Source of the DNA: a virus
Taxonomy: Duplodnaviria; Caudoviricetes
Length of the DNA stretch: 53,765 bases
Virus record (IMG/VR): IMGVR_UViG_3300032046_000032
Location: 1-53,765 of that record
Strand: one strand, 5' to 3'
The translations under genes were made by a program, and so were the position numbers. Within the stretch, counting starts at the first letter, position 1, and every line of letters starts with the position of its first letter. The notes beneath the pieces are model-generated. The model made no database searches, was not told where the DNA came from, and saw only the letters and a list, made by a program, of their open reading frames with translations. Below, in pieces: positions 1-9,779 of the stretch.

Positions 1-127
1 GCGAAGAGAATTCGCGAGATGGAGCAGGACCACCAGATTGAAATGGCCCGTGATTTGGAGGATCACGAAGATAGACAACGAGAGTTATTGGAGTCACGCG
101 ACGGGCTGGCGATGATACGTGAAGACG
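1..127. repeat. Terminal direct repeat, left copy (identical to 53639-53765); most likely an assembly overlap marking a circular contig
   Basis: Exact 127-bp identity of both ends. The repeat lies inside a continuous reading frame, and 127 is a common assembler k-mer size. Confidence 0.95.
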
Positions 128-846
128 AAGCGTATGAGAAAGAACGCCGGCGTAAAGAGGAAGATTATGCGTTAGAGATGGGTCGCATTAGCGAAGAGTA
201 TGCTGCACGGTTACGCGAGACTGAAGCGCAGTTTGCTCGAGAACGCGCTCAACGCCAAGACGACTTTGCCCAAAGGATGGCAGACAACGCGGCGGATCAC
301 GCCCTTGAGGTAGCACAGGCCGCTGCTGCCCAAAAAGCCGCCCTAGAAAAACTAAAGGTCGAACGTGACGAGCAGAAGAAGACGCTTGAAGAGTCGTACG
401 AGGAGCAACTCTCCACTTTGGAGACAGCTTTCAGAGACAGACTACGGCTCATAGACCAAGCCATTCTAGGCGACTATGCTGCGGTTCAGGCTACAGCAGC
501 CCAGATGACTGCGGACTTCAGAGCATGGCTAGCGGCTGTCGCTGCAAGCAATGCTACACCTATTCCTGGTCCCGAACACGCCGTGGGCGGTTACCTACAT
601 TTTCCAGGCGAAGAGTATGAGTTCCTTTTGAGTAATCGGTCTACCCAGATAGCAGAACGTGCTCTTGGCGGCAAATTGTCCCAAGAGCGAATCCTTGCGG
701 CTATGTTGGGTGGGGGTGGTGGCGGCAGGTATGTAGACCAGCGTACCATACAGTTTACTGGTATGACTGAAGCTGACCGCGCCGCCATTAGGCGCGATAT
801 CTACTATGTTACACAAGAAGTACTGACTGAGGCGATGAGATTATGA
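1..846 (+). CDS. Tape measure protein, C-terminal part (continues from 52040 across the circular join)
   Basis: Frame is continuous with 52040-53638 (codon GCG at 53639 = position 1). E/R/A-rich coiled coil, located between tail chaperone and distal tail genes. Confidence 0.85.
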   Translation, partial: AKRIREMEQDHQIEMARDLEDHEDRQRELLESRDGLAMIREDEAYEKERRRKEEDYALEMGRISEEYAARLRETEAQFARERAQRQDDFAQRMADNAADHALEVAQAAAAQKAALEKLKVERDEQKKTLEESYEEQLSTLETAFRDRLRLIDQAILGDYAAVQATAAQMTADFRAWLAAVAASNATPIPGPEHAVGGYLHFPGEEYEFLLSNRSTQIAERALGGKLSQERILAAMLGGGGGGRYVDQRTIQFTGMTEADRAAIRRDIYYVTQEVLTEAMRL

Positions 847-1349
847 CCACCCTATATAACTTTGTGATGGGTACTCTCTTGGACAGTATGACTAACTTGG
901 AGTTGCTTGCAGTCCCTGTCACTCCCCCCAAATCTACCTATTCGCCGTATTCGTCGGTGATAGAACTGGCTGACGGGAGTAAGCGTGGTATAGGTGCCCC
1001 TATTGCAACATGGCATTGGGGTTTCCTGCCTCGTAACATGCGTGACCAGCTACGGGTGTTCTGCCCAGGAGCGTCATCATTAATACATATCGGTACGTAT
1101 ACTAAAGACAACGCAGGTGAGCTGAGACTATTTCAATGCGAGATGATATGGCCGGTGACTGACGAGGAGACGGAGACTACCAGAACCGTTGATTTCACTA
1201 TAGAGTTTAGGCAGCTTATCGACAAGACAGGACTCGGAGGACTGCTTGGCGAGCTTGCCTTAGTCAGCACTGGAACAGTAGCAATATCCGGCGTACTGGC
1301 TCAAACTCTTGGTCCTCTTACGTTAGTTAGCACTGGAACGGTTGTGTAA
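843..1349 (+). CDS. Putative distal tail (Dit-like) protein
   Basis: 168 aa directly after the tape measure gene with an ATGA overlap; positional inference. Confidence 0.55.
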   Translation: MTTLYNFVMGTLLDSMTNLELLAVPVTPPKSTYSPYSSVIELADGSKRGIGAPIATWHWGFLPRNMRDQLRVFCPGASSLIHIGTYTKDNAGELRLFQCEMIWPVTDEETETTRTVDFTIEFRQLIDKTGLGGLLGELALVSTGTVAISGVLAQTLGPLTLVSTGTVV

Positions 1350-1372
1350 TAACGGCACAAGGAGCATGTATA

Positions 1373-1777
1373 ATGACTATTCAACTTTCTATAGCAGTAC
1401 GAAATGCTAGACTGAATACGATCGAAGCAACTGTCGGCACAGCTGCGAAGCTCGGTATACGTACTGGCGCGCAACCAATTGACTGTGCGTCCGCTAACTC
1501 CGGTACTTTGTTAGCTACGTTGACTTTACAGTCGGACTGGATGGCTGCTGCTGCGGACGGCTCTAAGGCGAAGTTAGGGACATGGGCGGTGGCAGCAGTA
1601 GGTGCAGGAGTTGCAGCTCACTGGCGATTGTACGAGTCCGACGGTGTCACCTGTCATGCACAGGGTACTATCACAGGCACCGGTGGAGGCGGTAACATGA
1701 CTCTTGATAATACTTCTATTGCAGAAGATCAGGTTGTTACCGTTACCGGATTCACTCTTACGGATGCTAACGCGTGA
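1373..1777 (+). CDS. Minor tail/virion protein
   Basis: 134 aa, G/A/T-rich beta-type protein with AAGGAG RBS, in the tail module. Confidence 0.6.
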   Translation: MTIQLSIAVRNARLNTIEATVGTAAKLGIRTGAQPIDCASANSGTLLATLTLQSDWMAAAADGSKAKLGTWAVAAVGAGVAAHWRLYESDGVTCHAQGTITGTGGGGNMTLDNTSIAEDQVVTVTGFTLTDANA

Positions 1778-4680
1778 CAGTTCGTCCTGCTAGCGCTGGA
1801 GAATTGCAGTACTTTAGAACTGACGGTCAACACAGTCAGTTGTATTTGGCGTTTCCCCAACCAGCAATAGTGTTCAGAGCTAAGGTTAACAGCCCTGTAG
1901 GTCCTACCAGTCCCGCTGCCCTCGTTAAGGACATGATTGTTAGCGTGCCGTATGACTCAGTTACGTTTGGCGCTCACGCGGATATAATCCCTAATATGAC
2001 TTTGTTAGTAGGCTCAGACTACGGCATGCATGATCTGGGGATAGCACGAATACGCAAAGCCGCTTCGAGCACTATGCTGCATATTGGCGAGACGTCTGAA
2101 GTGAGATTTGCAGACAACGTGTACCTGACCGTTATCGACGAATACGGGCTGTGGCCGCGTCATAAGTTTGTTCAGTCAGGGACAGAGCATATTGACTATA
2201 TGGACCGGGACATAGTGTACATTGATCAACACAAGTTCCTGGACCCTGTGCCTGTGTTGGGGCCTGATCGGGTACTATTCTATCAAGGGACCCTGGGGGG
2301 AGCTAATACCATAGCTGCCACCATGGATGGCTCTGGATCGTATTGCCTAGGCTCGTCTATTAGCGCTTATTCATGGGCGGCACCGGGAGCATCAGCTACT
2401 GGCGGGTTGAATACTGCAACACCTACGCTCACGTATAACGCCCCAGGCACATATCGCATAACCTGTCTGGTTACTGCAGCGAACGGCAAGAGTTTCACCG
2501 GCCGCCGCGTTATAGTAGTATACGACGATACTGCTCCGCCCGTCAGCGACTTCAAACTCCTGTCTTGCAGGGGAGACTACCAGGAGGGTGGTTGGAGCTT
2601 CAAAGTAGCTATGTACGACAACGCGACTCTGTCTCTAGTTCGGGATAGAGCTCAGGTGATCCTGTTTGCACGAGACTGGTATGGCAATACAGAGATTAGC
2701 ATCGGCCCAATCCCGCAATGCGAAAACATCATAGCCAACGGTTGGATAGACAAAGAAGACCTGGAGCTAGACATCGATGGCGGGACTGCATCGTTCACTG
2801 CTTACGGGCCTAACCACTGGCTCAACCAAATGGAAGGCTTTATCTCTGGTTTACGACACAGTGAAACCGCTCCAACTGAATGGAACTACATGCTAGACCT
2901 GACAATCGATAAAGGTTTGTGGGATTTACTTCACTGGAAGGCGACCGCTACTGTGATGATGGATATCATACTGACAGGCAATCCTCAGCTGGTGCCCACC
3001 ATGGAGTCGGCGTCAATAGGCTCGTTATGGGAACAACTGACAGGCATGGCAAATACTACGATACTGGCTACTGCGTGCTGCGATCGCTACGGGCGACTGT
3101 TCGTCGAAGTTAACGGTCAGTATGTCCCGATAGCCGAAAGAGCATTTGTCAACGTAATGACTGTCGAGTCATACGACCGTGCGGGTGAAATAGAACTTGA
3201 ACGCGTGACCGTCAGACCAGTTAGCACGATTGATCTCTCAGGCGTATGGTTCAACGGGGTAACTGGGTACGCGATAAGAGCACTGGCTAGCGGCCATGTT
3301 ATGGACAGGTACGGTAGAGTAGAAATAATAGACAAGCTAATCATAGAAGACCAGGCACATTGCTGCGAGCTAGCCGCACGCGTCCTAGCCCACCGCCGCA
3401 ATGAATATCCCCGTATGAGTATTGAGCTAGCTAGCAACATGCGGTTGATAGACGTATGCCCTCAGCAGCAGTTGTTCATAACAACTGCTACTGACATGAA
3501 CCCACGTGAGACTGCTGTCAGCAATGACGTGTTCGTAAGAAGCGTAGCGTTCGTGCTCGACGATAAAAACAAAAGTATATCGGTCGAAGTTGAAGGGGAA
3601 CCCGAGACCACCGAAATAGTCAACTCAGTCCCAGGTGATATACCTATCATCGTTCCATTCGTGTACCCATTCCCCGTCTGGCCAATTCCACCATTCCCAC
3701 CTATTCCACCTATTCCACCTCCTCCACCTCCTCCACCTCCTCCGCCGCCCATTCCATCAGAAGAATGCCTAGACGGAGCATATCCGACCGGCCCGTTTCC
3801 ATCTACTTGGGATAGACGATGGATTGATGGGAACCCACTAACTCCCGAAACTCACAAAACTCGTATGTGGCTGCCATGCTGGCTGCGGTCAGCGTACGCG
3901 GACTATGACTCGCGTGTTGAGTTCTCTATCGGAAATAAGGGACTCGCCTACCAACACCTGCATCTCTACGGCATTGACGCAAGCGGGGCACGAGTTGCTA
4001 CCGGAATTGTCAGTGTAGTCACATACACAGAAGACTTCAAGACATTTTTCATGCGGGCTATTTTCGCCCTCGCTAGTGCTGTCGCAGTAGCTGGATTCGA
4101 ACTAGAGATTGACGAAGGGTTCGACAGTGAAGGGGCGACAATAGAGGAACCTACCTATGGAATCTGGGAAGAAGAGTATGGCAATTCTTGGGTTACGATT
4201 ACAACACCCGCTGAATGCACCCTAATTGGTGAAAACGGAGCAATGTTTTATTGGGGCGGTGACACTTATGGCTGGGGCGTGCTCTGGGGAGACGCGTACT
4301 ACCAGGCGAGAATTCACCTGAACGTTCATTTCGCTGTAGTGGCAGGACAGCACTCTAAGATATGGATGTTTGTAAATCTTATGGTCACTGGAGGAGTAGA
4401 TGGAATAGGCGGCGACGGCATTCCACTCGGCCCCAACTACGGCCCAGGAGTTGGTAACTGGGCATACTATGGTCCCGAGCACGCTTTCTTAGAGTTTATA
4501 GGAGGTGATAGTATCGACGCTAGTTGGTATGCAGGTTCTTCGCAAACTATGTTCGACAATCCGTGTACTCGGGATGCCGTTGTACACGTCGAAGGTGCAT
4601 TGATACTAATGGCGTCAGACTTACAGCCGATCGTCCGCTCTGCAGGTCTCGGCTACGTTGCCGTCTTTAACATTTGTTGA
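1774..4680 (+). CDS. Large tail tip/baseplate hub protein with PKD-like domain, poly-Pro linker and C-terminal putative receptor-binding domain
   Basis: 968 aa; PKD/Ig-like motif (DGSGSY..ISAYSW...PTLTYNAPGTYRITCLVT); Pro-rich linker at about 3650-3755; position in tail module. Confidence 0.65.
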   Translation: MTVRPASAGELQYFRTDGQHSQLYLAFPQPAIVFRAKVNSPVGPTSPAALVKDMIVSVPYDSVTFGAHADIIPNMTLLVGSDYGMHDLGIARIRKAASSTMLHIGETSEVRFADNVYLTVIDEYGLWPRHKFVQSGTEHIDYMDRDIVYIDQHKFLDPVPVLGPDRVLFYQGTLGGANTIAATMDGSGSYCLGSSISAYSWAAPGASATGGLNTATPTLTYNAPGTYRITCLVTAANGKSFTGRRVIVVYDDTAPPVSDFKLLSCRGDYQEGGWSFKVAMYDNATLSLVRDRAQVILFARDWYGNTEISIGPIPQCENIIANGWIDKEDLELDIDGGTASFTAYGPNHWLNQMEGFISGLRHSETAPTEWNYMLDLTIDKGLWDLLHWKATATVMMDIILTGNPQLVPTMESASIGSLWEQLTGMANTTILATACCDRYGRLFVEVNGQYVPIAERAFVNVMTVESYDRAGEIELERVTVRPVSTIDLSGVWFNGVTGYAIRALASGHVMDRYGRVEIIDKLIIEDQAHCCELAARVLAHRRNEYPRMSIELASNMRLIDVCPQQQLFITTATDMNPRETAVSNDVFVRSVAFVLDDKNKSISVEVEGEPETTEIVNSVPGDIPIIVPFVYPFPVWPIPPFPPIPPIPPPPPPPPPPPPIPSEECLDGAYPTGPFPSTWDRRWIDGNPLTPETHKTRMWLPCWLRSAYADYDSRVEFSIGNKGLAYQHLHLYGIDASGARVATGIVSVVTYTEDFKTFFMRAIFALASAVAVAGFELEIDEGFDSEGATIEEPTYGIWEEEYGNSWVTITTPAECTLIGENGAMFYWGGDTYGWGVLWGDAYYQARIHLNVHFAVVAGQHSKIWMFVNLMVTGGVDGIGGDGIPLGPNYGPGVGNWAYYGPEHAFLEFIGGDSIDASWYAGSSQTMFDNPCTRDAVVHVEGALILMASDLQPIVRSAGLGYVAVFNIC

Positions 4681-4683
4681 CGA

Positions 4684-6627
4684 GTGACAGCCATGAAGAT
4701 AAAAAACGTTGTAGCTAAACGGTTAGAAAAGTACCAAGAGACGCCAAACGTTCTGTTTGGGGTTATTGGTGACATTTCAACTGGCAACATAGAAGTGCCA
4801 GGTAGGACGTCGATGATCTATGTAACGCTCTTCTCGGGAATAGTCATCGACAACGTTCTAAATGTGCGCGTGCCTAACCTACTAGGACAGCAAGTTAGAA
4901 TTGGTCATGACCCGCTTAACCTTCCTGGTACTCTTCAAGTTTTAGGGGTACGAGACACATACTATGGAGACGTCGACAACCCCGGAACTGGACCTGTCTG
5001 GCACCGCAAACAACACGAGTGGCCAGCCGGAGACACTGTCTACACTTGGGGCGAGCAATTCCTGCCGTCGTTATACTACCCCATCGCGGGCACCTTAACG
5101 GTCAGTATTTACCCCGGCGTATGCTATTTAAGCACGGGCTGGGCGGTCCGTACGCAAAAGACTACTGTCAGCCTAGCTGCAAGTGTGGCGTCTATTACTG
5201 TTGGGCATGCTAGGTTTGCCCTTATAGTCATTGATTCAAATGGGGACCTCGTAGTTCGTGACGGCGACCTTGTAGCGGAGCAGGCGGACCCATTCATCTC
5301 AGCATATATGATGTTAACACCAGCCGACATCCCCGCTCCCGCAGCTGGAGATAGCGCGATTTGTGCGGTTAAACTGTTCTACGGTCAGACTGAGTTACGT
5401 TGTAACGGTAATGTCAACGATTTTGTAGATTTACGTTTCTCTGGTGCAGGTATTAGCGGTGGAGGGGGCGGAGGCGCGCACATCATCCAGGAAGAAGGTA
5501 CTTCACTGACGCTACGCGCTAAGTTAAACTTCATCGGCTCAGGTGTCACAGCAGAGGACGACGTAGCTAACAATGCCACAAAGGTTACGGTGGCGGAGGT
5601 GCCGACATCCCCAATACCGATACGTGCAGCTGTTTTCACCTTTGAAGGTTTGTTGACTGTAGCTAGCGGTGTAGTCCGAATATACAACAAACTGGGTGTG
5701 GTAGCGATTATTTCCCAAGTATACCTTACGGTCACTACTCCACCTACTGGAGCGGCGATTATCGTGGATGTCCATAAAGACGGGACGACCATTTTCACGA
5801 ACCAGGCACACCGTCCGCAGATCGCCGCTAGCGCGAACACAGGTTACTCAACAGATATTGATGTTGGCTCTTGGGCTGATGGTAGCTACTTATCAGTGGA
5901 TATAGACCAAGGCGGAAGTACCTTCGCTGGTGCCGATCTAACTGTCCACGTGATTGCTACATTTAACTTCCCCGCGGGCGCAGGCGGGGGAGATATGACC
6001 CAAGCCATTTATGATACGGATGAAGACGGTATCGTAGACAAAGCAGAAATGCTTGACGACGGAGCAGGACATACGGCAACCGCCACAGCCACCGAAGACG
6101 CAGTCACGAAGAAACACACTCAGAACACTGACACCGCGTTAGGCACCGTGGGAACCAAGAACCCGCCCGTCGATGCAGACAAAGCTCTTTACAGGAATAG
6201 TGCAGCTTCCGATGTTTTGGTCACTTCCACATGGACACAGATAAAGGCGTTTCTCAAAACGTACTTCGACACGCTGTATCTTGCGAAAGATACACGCTCA
6301 CAGGTACAAATTGGAGAATCGCAGGTCATAGATGATGATACAGTATATTCATTTTCACCACCTGCAGCCAATGGCATAATAGTCGTTTTTGGAGCAATCT
6401 TAGCCTCGTCCGTGTATTTCCTTATGGCTAACTTTAGGGTTACGGGTACGGCAGTTATGACGGCAATGAACATTGGCGCAGACGTGGTGGTTGGGACGGG
6501 TGTACTGACTGATGGAACCGGTGATGGAACGGATACCAAACTAAACGTGCACGCTCACACGGACGGCAAAATATACATCAAGAACCGTACCGGTACAAGC
6601 AGAACGTATGTTATCAAAGTTATGTAG
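4684..6627 (+). CDS. Tail fibre / receptor-binding protein (mosaic; start may be ATG 4693)
   Basis: 647 aa; Gly-rich hinges (GISGGGGGG, GAGGGDM) separate modules typical of tail fibres. Confidence 0.65.
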   Translation: MTAMKIKNVVAKRLEKYQETPNVLFGVIGDISTGNIEVPGRTSMIYVTLFSGIVIDNVLNVRVPNLLGQQVRIGHDPLNLPGTLQVLGVRDTYYGDVDNPGTGPVWHRKQHEWPAGDTVYTWGEQFLPSLYYPIAGTLTVSIYPGVCYLSTGWAVRTQKTTVSLAASVASITVGHARFALIVIDSNGDLVVRDGDLVAEQADPFISAYMMLTPADIPAPAAGDSAICAVKLFYGQTELRCNGNVNDFVDLRFSGAGISGGGGGGAHIIQEEGTSLTLRAKLNFIGSGVTAEDDVANNATKVTVAEVPTSPIPIRAAVFTFEGLLTVASGVVRIYNKLGVVAIISQVYLTVTTPPTGAAIIVDVHKDGTTIFTNQAHRPQIAASANTGYSTDIDVGSWADGSYLSVDIDQGGSTFAGADLTVHVIATFNFPAGAGGGDMTQAIYDTDEDGIVDKAEMLDDGAGHTATATATEDAVTKKHTQNTDTALGTVGTKNPPVDADKALYRNSAASDVLVTSTWTQIKAFLKTYFDTLYLAKDTRSQVQIGESQVIDDDTVYSFSPPAANGIIVVFGAILASSVYFLMANFRVTGTAVMTAMNIGADVVVGTGVLTDGTGDGTDTKLNVHAHTDGKIYIKNRTGTSRTYVIKVM

Positions 6628-6636
6628 GAAGGTACA

Positions 6637-7662
6637 ATGACTCGACTATGGACCGATGGCGCTGAAGGTGGAGGTTTAGGTAGGTGGTCTGCCTATTCTG
6701 GCAGCAACCTTGCTGCAGTCACCACCTTGCCCAGAACCGGCACCTACTCATACCTAATGAAAACTGCAGCCAGCGACTCCCCTTACTACACCATCATTTT
6801 CGCGGCAGGCAAGACTGAATTTTATGCACGGTTTGCTATATACTTCCTCGCCGATGATAATAATCCCTTTTTATATTGGATGAATGGTGGATCTGCAGGC
6901 GGTAGTCTGCGCACGGTAACATTTGGTACTGTTGGTACTGTTTCGATGTACGATGGCGGAACTCTCCGAGCAACAAGTTCCCCTATCAACCTGAATATCA
7001 ACGAATGGCATGTCTTTGAAGTCCACGTGAAAATTGCTGCTAGTCCGAACGGTGTCTTCCAATTGAAATTCGACGGCACTCTTGTCATTGACTGGGCAGG
7101 GGCTACTAACGCACAGGCTAGTATGGACCGCCTCAAATTTGTGAATATCCTCTTCGGTGTTAATCTGAATAGTTATCGCTTAGATGACATAGCCGTTAAC
7201 GATATTGTTGGCGCGAACGACAATGCCTGGCCCGGCGATGGCGGTGTACTAGCAGCTTTAGTGCCGACCGGTGTAGGTAACTATACCGATTTGATTGCCA
7301 GCGCTGGCGACGCTTGGGCTTGCGTGGATGAAATTCCATCCAACAGTGATACCGACTACGCTTATGAATCTACGATAGATAAGAAGTCTACCTATGTTAT
7401 GTCTAACCTAGCCGGACTGCCAACAAATGCTTCTATTCCCCGGGTGTGGGTAGAACTGGCTGCTAAGCAGACAGCAGCTGAGGGAGACAAGATTGCTACA
7501 TTCTTACGCAGTGCTACAACAAACGCACAGGGAGCAGATCAGGCTCTGACAATAGCCTATGCCCGCTATTTGTCTGCTGAATACCTGACAGACCCGGCAG
7601 ACGCAGCTGCCTGGACGCAGGCTAAAGTAGACGCCCTCCAAGCAGGCGCAATAGTGAGATAA
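6637..7662 (+). CDS. Virion protein with LamG/concanavalin-like beta-sandwich
   Basis: 341 aa; NEWHVFEVHVK..GVFQLKFDG...YRLDDIAVND pattern is typical of LamG-like domains in tail modules. Confidence 0.55.
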   Translation: MTRLWTDGAEGGGLGRWSAYSGSNLAAVTTLPRTGTYSYLMKTAASDSPYYTIIFAAGKTEFYARFAIYFLADDNNPFLYWMNGGSAGGSLRTVTFGTVGTVSMYDGGTLRATSSPINLNINEWHVFEVHVKIAASPNGVFQLKFDGTLVIDWAGATNAQASMDRLKFVNILFGVNLNSYRLDDIAVNDIVGANDNAWPGDGGVLAALVPTGVGNYTDLIASAGDAWACVDEIPSNSDTDYAYESTIDKKSTYVMSNLAGLPTNASIPRVWVELAAKQTAAEGDKIATFLRSATTNAQGADQALTIAYARYLSAEYLTDPADAAAWTQAKVDALQAGAIVR

Positions 7663-7668
7663 AGAGCC

Positions 7669-7875
7669 ATGTCAGATCGTAGAATTACCCAAGTCCTGAC
7701 AGAAGCCGAATACGCAACAGCTATCAGACTCCGGCGAGTTACTCAGACGTTGGTGATGATAGAATACGCAACCGCTGTCAGGTTGCGTAGAGTTACTCAA
7801 GTACTAGTAATGGTCGAATACCGCAAGTCATGGCCGATACCTGGCCGAGAAGGCCCCCCCGTGCAAATAATCTAG
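7669..7875 (+). CDS. Small protein built of about three 18-aa tandem repeats
   Basis: RRITQVLTEAEYATA / RRVTQTLVMIEYATA / RRVTQVLVMVEY; 54-bp periodicity at 7678-7821. Confidence 0.6.
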   Translation: MSDRRITQVLTEAEYATAIRLRRVTQTLVMIEYATAVRLRRVTQVLVMVEYRKSWPIPGREGPPVQII

Positions 7876-7891
7876 CTAGCTAGCTAGCTAG
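7872..7891. repeat. (CTAG)5 palindromic microsatellite
   Basis: ctagctagctagctagctag, followed by tctaga, between the last tail gene and the endolysin. Confidence 0.9.
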
Positions 7892-7910
7892 TCTAGACAA
7901 AGGAGAAACT

Positions 7911-8723
7911 ATGTTACAAGGAATTGACGTATCACTCTATGAACCAGAAGTTGACTGGCCACGCGTTGTCGCCTCGGGAAAAGTCAACTTCGTCTTTGTC
8001 CGCGCTGGGCAAGGCATCGTCCCCGACTCGTCGTTCTGGACACACTGGATAGGTGCAAGGAATGCCAGCCTACCCCGCGGCGCTTACTGGGTTTACGACC
8101 CGCGTTACAGAACAGTCGAGCCTCAGCGACAAGCTGAGAAGTTCATTGAGACACTGAACGGTGACTACGGTGAGCTACCTCTAGTGGCTGACATTGAAGC
8201 CTACACTTCTGGCCCTCACCACGGCTGGAAGAAGTGGGCAGACTTCCTAGAGTATACAAAGAGACTCCTACCGGAGAACTTCAAGGCTAGGTGGAGTGAC
8301 TTTGAGCCAATGATAGTCTACACGGGATACTATTATTGGCGTGACCAGGGGGGACCTGCCTGGTGGGATGTCAACGCGCAGAAATATTTTGCGAAGCACC
8401 TTCTCTGGCTCGCTTACTACGGCACGGGGGATGGTGACCTGAACAACACACCGCAGAAGGCTAAGCTACTCCCACTACACAAATGGCTGGAGTGGACGTT
8501 CTGGCAGTACGCCGATCATCTAACGATGGACGGTATTACCAACGAACTCGGCAAGTCAACAAATGTTGACTTGAACGTCTTTGTTGGAGAGCGAGATGCG
8601 TTCAACGAGATGTTCAAGTTGTCCGCGCTGCCCCCACCACCACCGCCGCCCCCACCGAAAACACTAGCTGCGCGTGTAACTGTACTAGAGACACAGGCAC
8701 AAGCACACGGATGGAGTATATGA
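7911..8723 (+). CDS. Endolysin, glycoside hydrolase family 25 (muramidase)
   Basis: GIDVS, FVFVRA, GAYW, LVADIE (DxE), VYTG, LWLAYY, FWQY and VDLN motifs of GH25; poly-Pro linker and short C-terminal tail. Confidence 0.9.
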   Translation: MLQGIDVSLYEPEVDWPRVVASGKVNFVFVRAGQGIVPDSSFWTHWIGARNASLPRGAYWVYDPRYRTVEPQRQAEKFIETLNGDYGELPLVADIEAYTSGPHHGWKKWADFLEYTKRLLPENFKARWSDFEPMIVYTGYYYWRDQGGPAWWDVNAQKYFAKHLLWLAYYGTGDGDLNNTPQKAKLLPLHKWLEWTFWQYADHLTMDGITNELGKSTNVDLNVFVGERDAFNEMFKLSALPPPPPPPPPKTLAARVTVLETQAQAHGWSI

Positions 8724-8727
8724 TACT

Positions 8728-9042
8728 ATGCCACCGAAACCTAAAAACTCGCCTGACTACTTGGAAAAAAAGGTCGACGACCTTGCCACCGCGTTCAACA
8801 ACTTTTGCGTGACCTACGAGCTTGATATGCGGGGTAACAAGGACGTCGATGATGGGAATATCGGAATTGTCGGAGCAATTCGGGAGATACAAAAATACCC
8901 GTCTATACTGTCGCTGTTAGTAAAGCATCCTCTGCCCACAGTCACAGTCATACTTTCAATCCTGCTTTTGACAAACTGGCTTTCAGACACCATCCTAAAG
9001 TGGCTTGTAGTACTAGGAGTGTTTAGACTTCCCCTACCTTAA
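8728..9042 (+). CDS. Putative holin-like / lysis-associated membrane protein
   Basis: Follows the endolysin; C-terminal hydrophobic segment. Confidence 0.45.
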   Translation: MPPKPKNSPDYLEKKVDDLATAFNNFCVTYELDMRGNKDVDDGNIGIVGAIREIQKYPSILSLLVKHPLPTVTVILSILLLTNWLSDTILKWLVVLGVFRLPLP

Positions 9043-9103
9043 CCTGCGATGCAAGGCACACCTGTCATTAACCGGCGTAAGCCGGAATTAGAAAGGAGAT
9101 AGT

Positions 9104-9514
9104 ATGAAGAAGTTCACGTTCGTTGATCTGCTCGCCGTACTTGGAGCTCTACTGATCACAGGGCTCGGCTGGGCTGTCGGACACCCAGAGGCAGCGTTGT
9201 CGTTACTCGCTGTCGGACTAATCTGGGTGATCAACTTCCTGTTCACGTGGAAGGGAATCAAGCTGCACAAATCGTGGCTGACAACAGGGCTATTCGTAAT
9301 AGCTTTTGGCTTAACCGGTCTGTTTCAGCCAATGCTATTCCCCCCATGGCCAAGTGTTACAGGAGACCCCCAGGCCATTGCTATAGCTATATACTTGTGG
9401 ATCGGTACAATGATTATTTCCGCCGGCCCTATCGTAGCCTATGCAACTGGACTGTACAACATACTGCTGGCCAAGCTTCTTGAGAAACTGCTATATCAAC
9501 CCCAACTCAAGTAG
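9104..9514 (+). CDS. Putative holin (multi-pass membrane protein)
   Basis: 136 aa with about four hydrophobic segments; AAAGGAG RBS; in the lysis cassette. Confidence 0.55.
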   Translation: MKKFTFVDLLAVLGALLITGLGWAVGHPEAALSLLAVGLIWVINFLFTWKGIKLHKSWLTTGLFVIAFGLTGLFQPMLFPPWPSVTGDPQAIAIAIYLWIGTMIISAGPIVAYATGLYNILLAKLLEKLLYQPQLK

Positions 9515-9775
9515 CTTCGGTCTCAGGATGTTCTCCAGCCCGCATCGTGAAGGAAGATGCGGGCTTATTTTTTGCATGAATGCCGCCAATTCTACACGTT
9601 TGCTAAGTACCCAGACAAACCCGGATCCGTGTCTGTAGGAATGACCACCAAACGTACGTTTGAGGACGTCCAACTCGATCTCCTTGGTAGTAAACACTTG
9701 TAACTGAGGGTACTTGCCTCGGTAAAGATAGGCGTGTCCTCGTTCGAGTACAATGTCTCGCGCGGTCTCTATCAT
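9491..9775 (-). CDS. Degenerate single-domain LAGLIDADG-fold protein
   Basis: ARDIVLERGHAYL aligns with the LAGLIDADG helix but lacks the acidic residue before the Gly; LKRTFGG..FVWVL..FMQKISPHL matches the rest of the fold. Confidence 0.5.
   Translation of the reverse strand: MIETARDIVLERGHAYLYRGKYPQLQVFTTKEIELDVLKRTFGGHSYRHGSGFVWVLSKRVELAAFMQKISPHLPSRCGLENILRPKLLELGLI
9537..9573 (+). terminator. Rho-independent terminator ending the late operon
   Basis: AGCCCGCATC-loop-GATGCGGGCT followed by TATTTTTT. Confidence 0.8.
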
Positions 9776-9779
9776 ATTG

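Noticed and set aside
1-127. Terminal repeat as a biological direct terminal repeat
   Set aside because: It is exactly 127 bp, a typical k-mer overlap, and falls in the middle of the tape-measure gene; best read as assembly circularity.
1774-7662. Diversity-generating retroelement targeting tail genes
   Set aside because: No reverse transcriptase and no template/variable repeat pair were seen.
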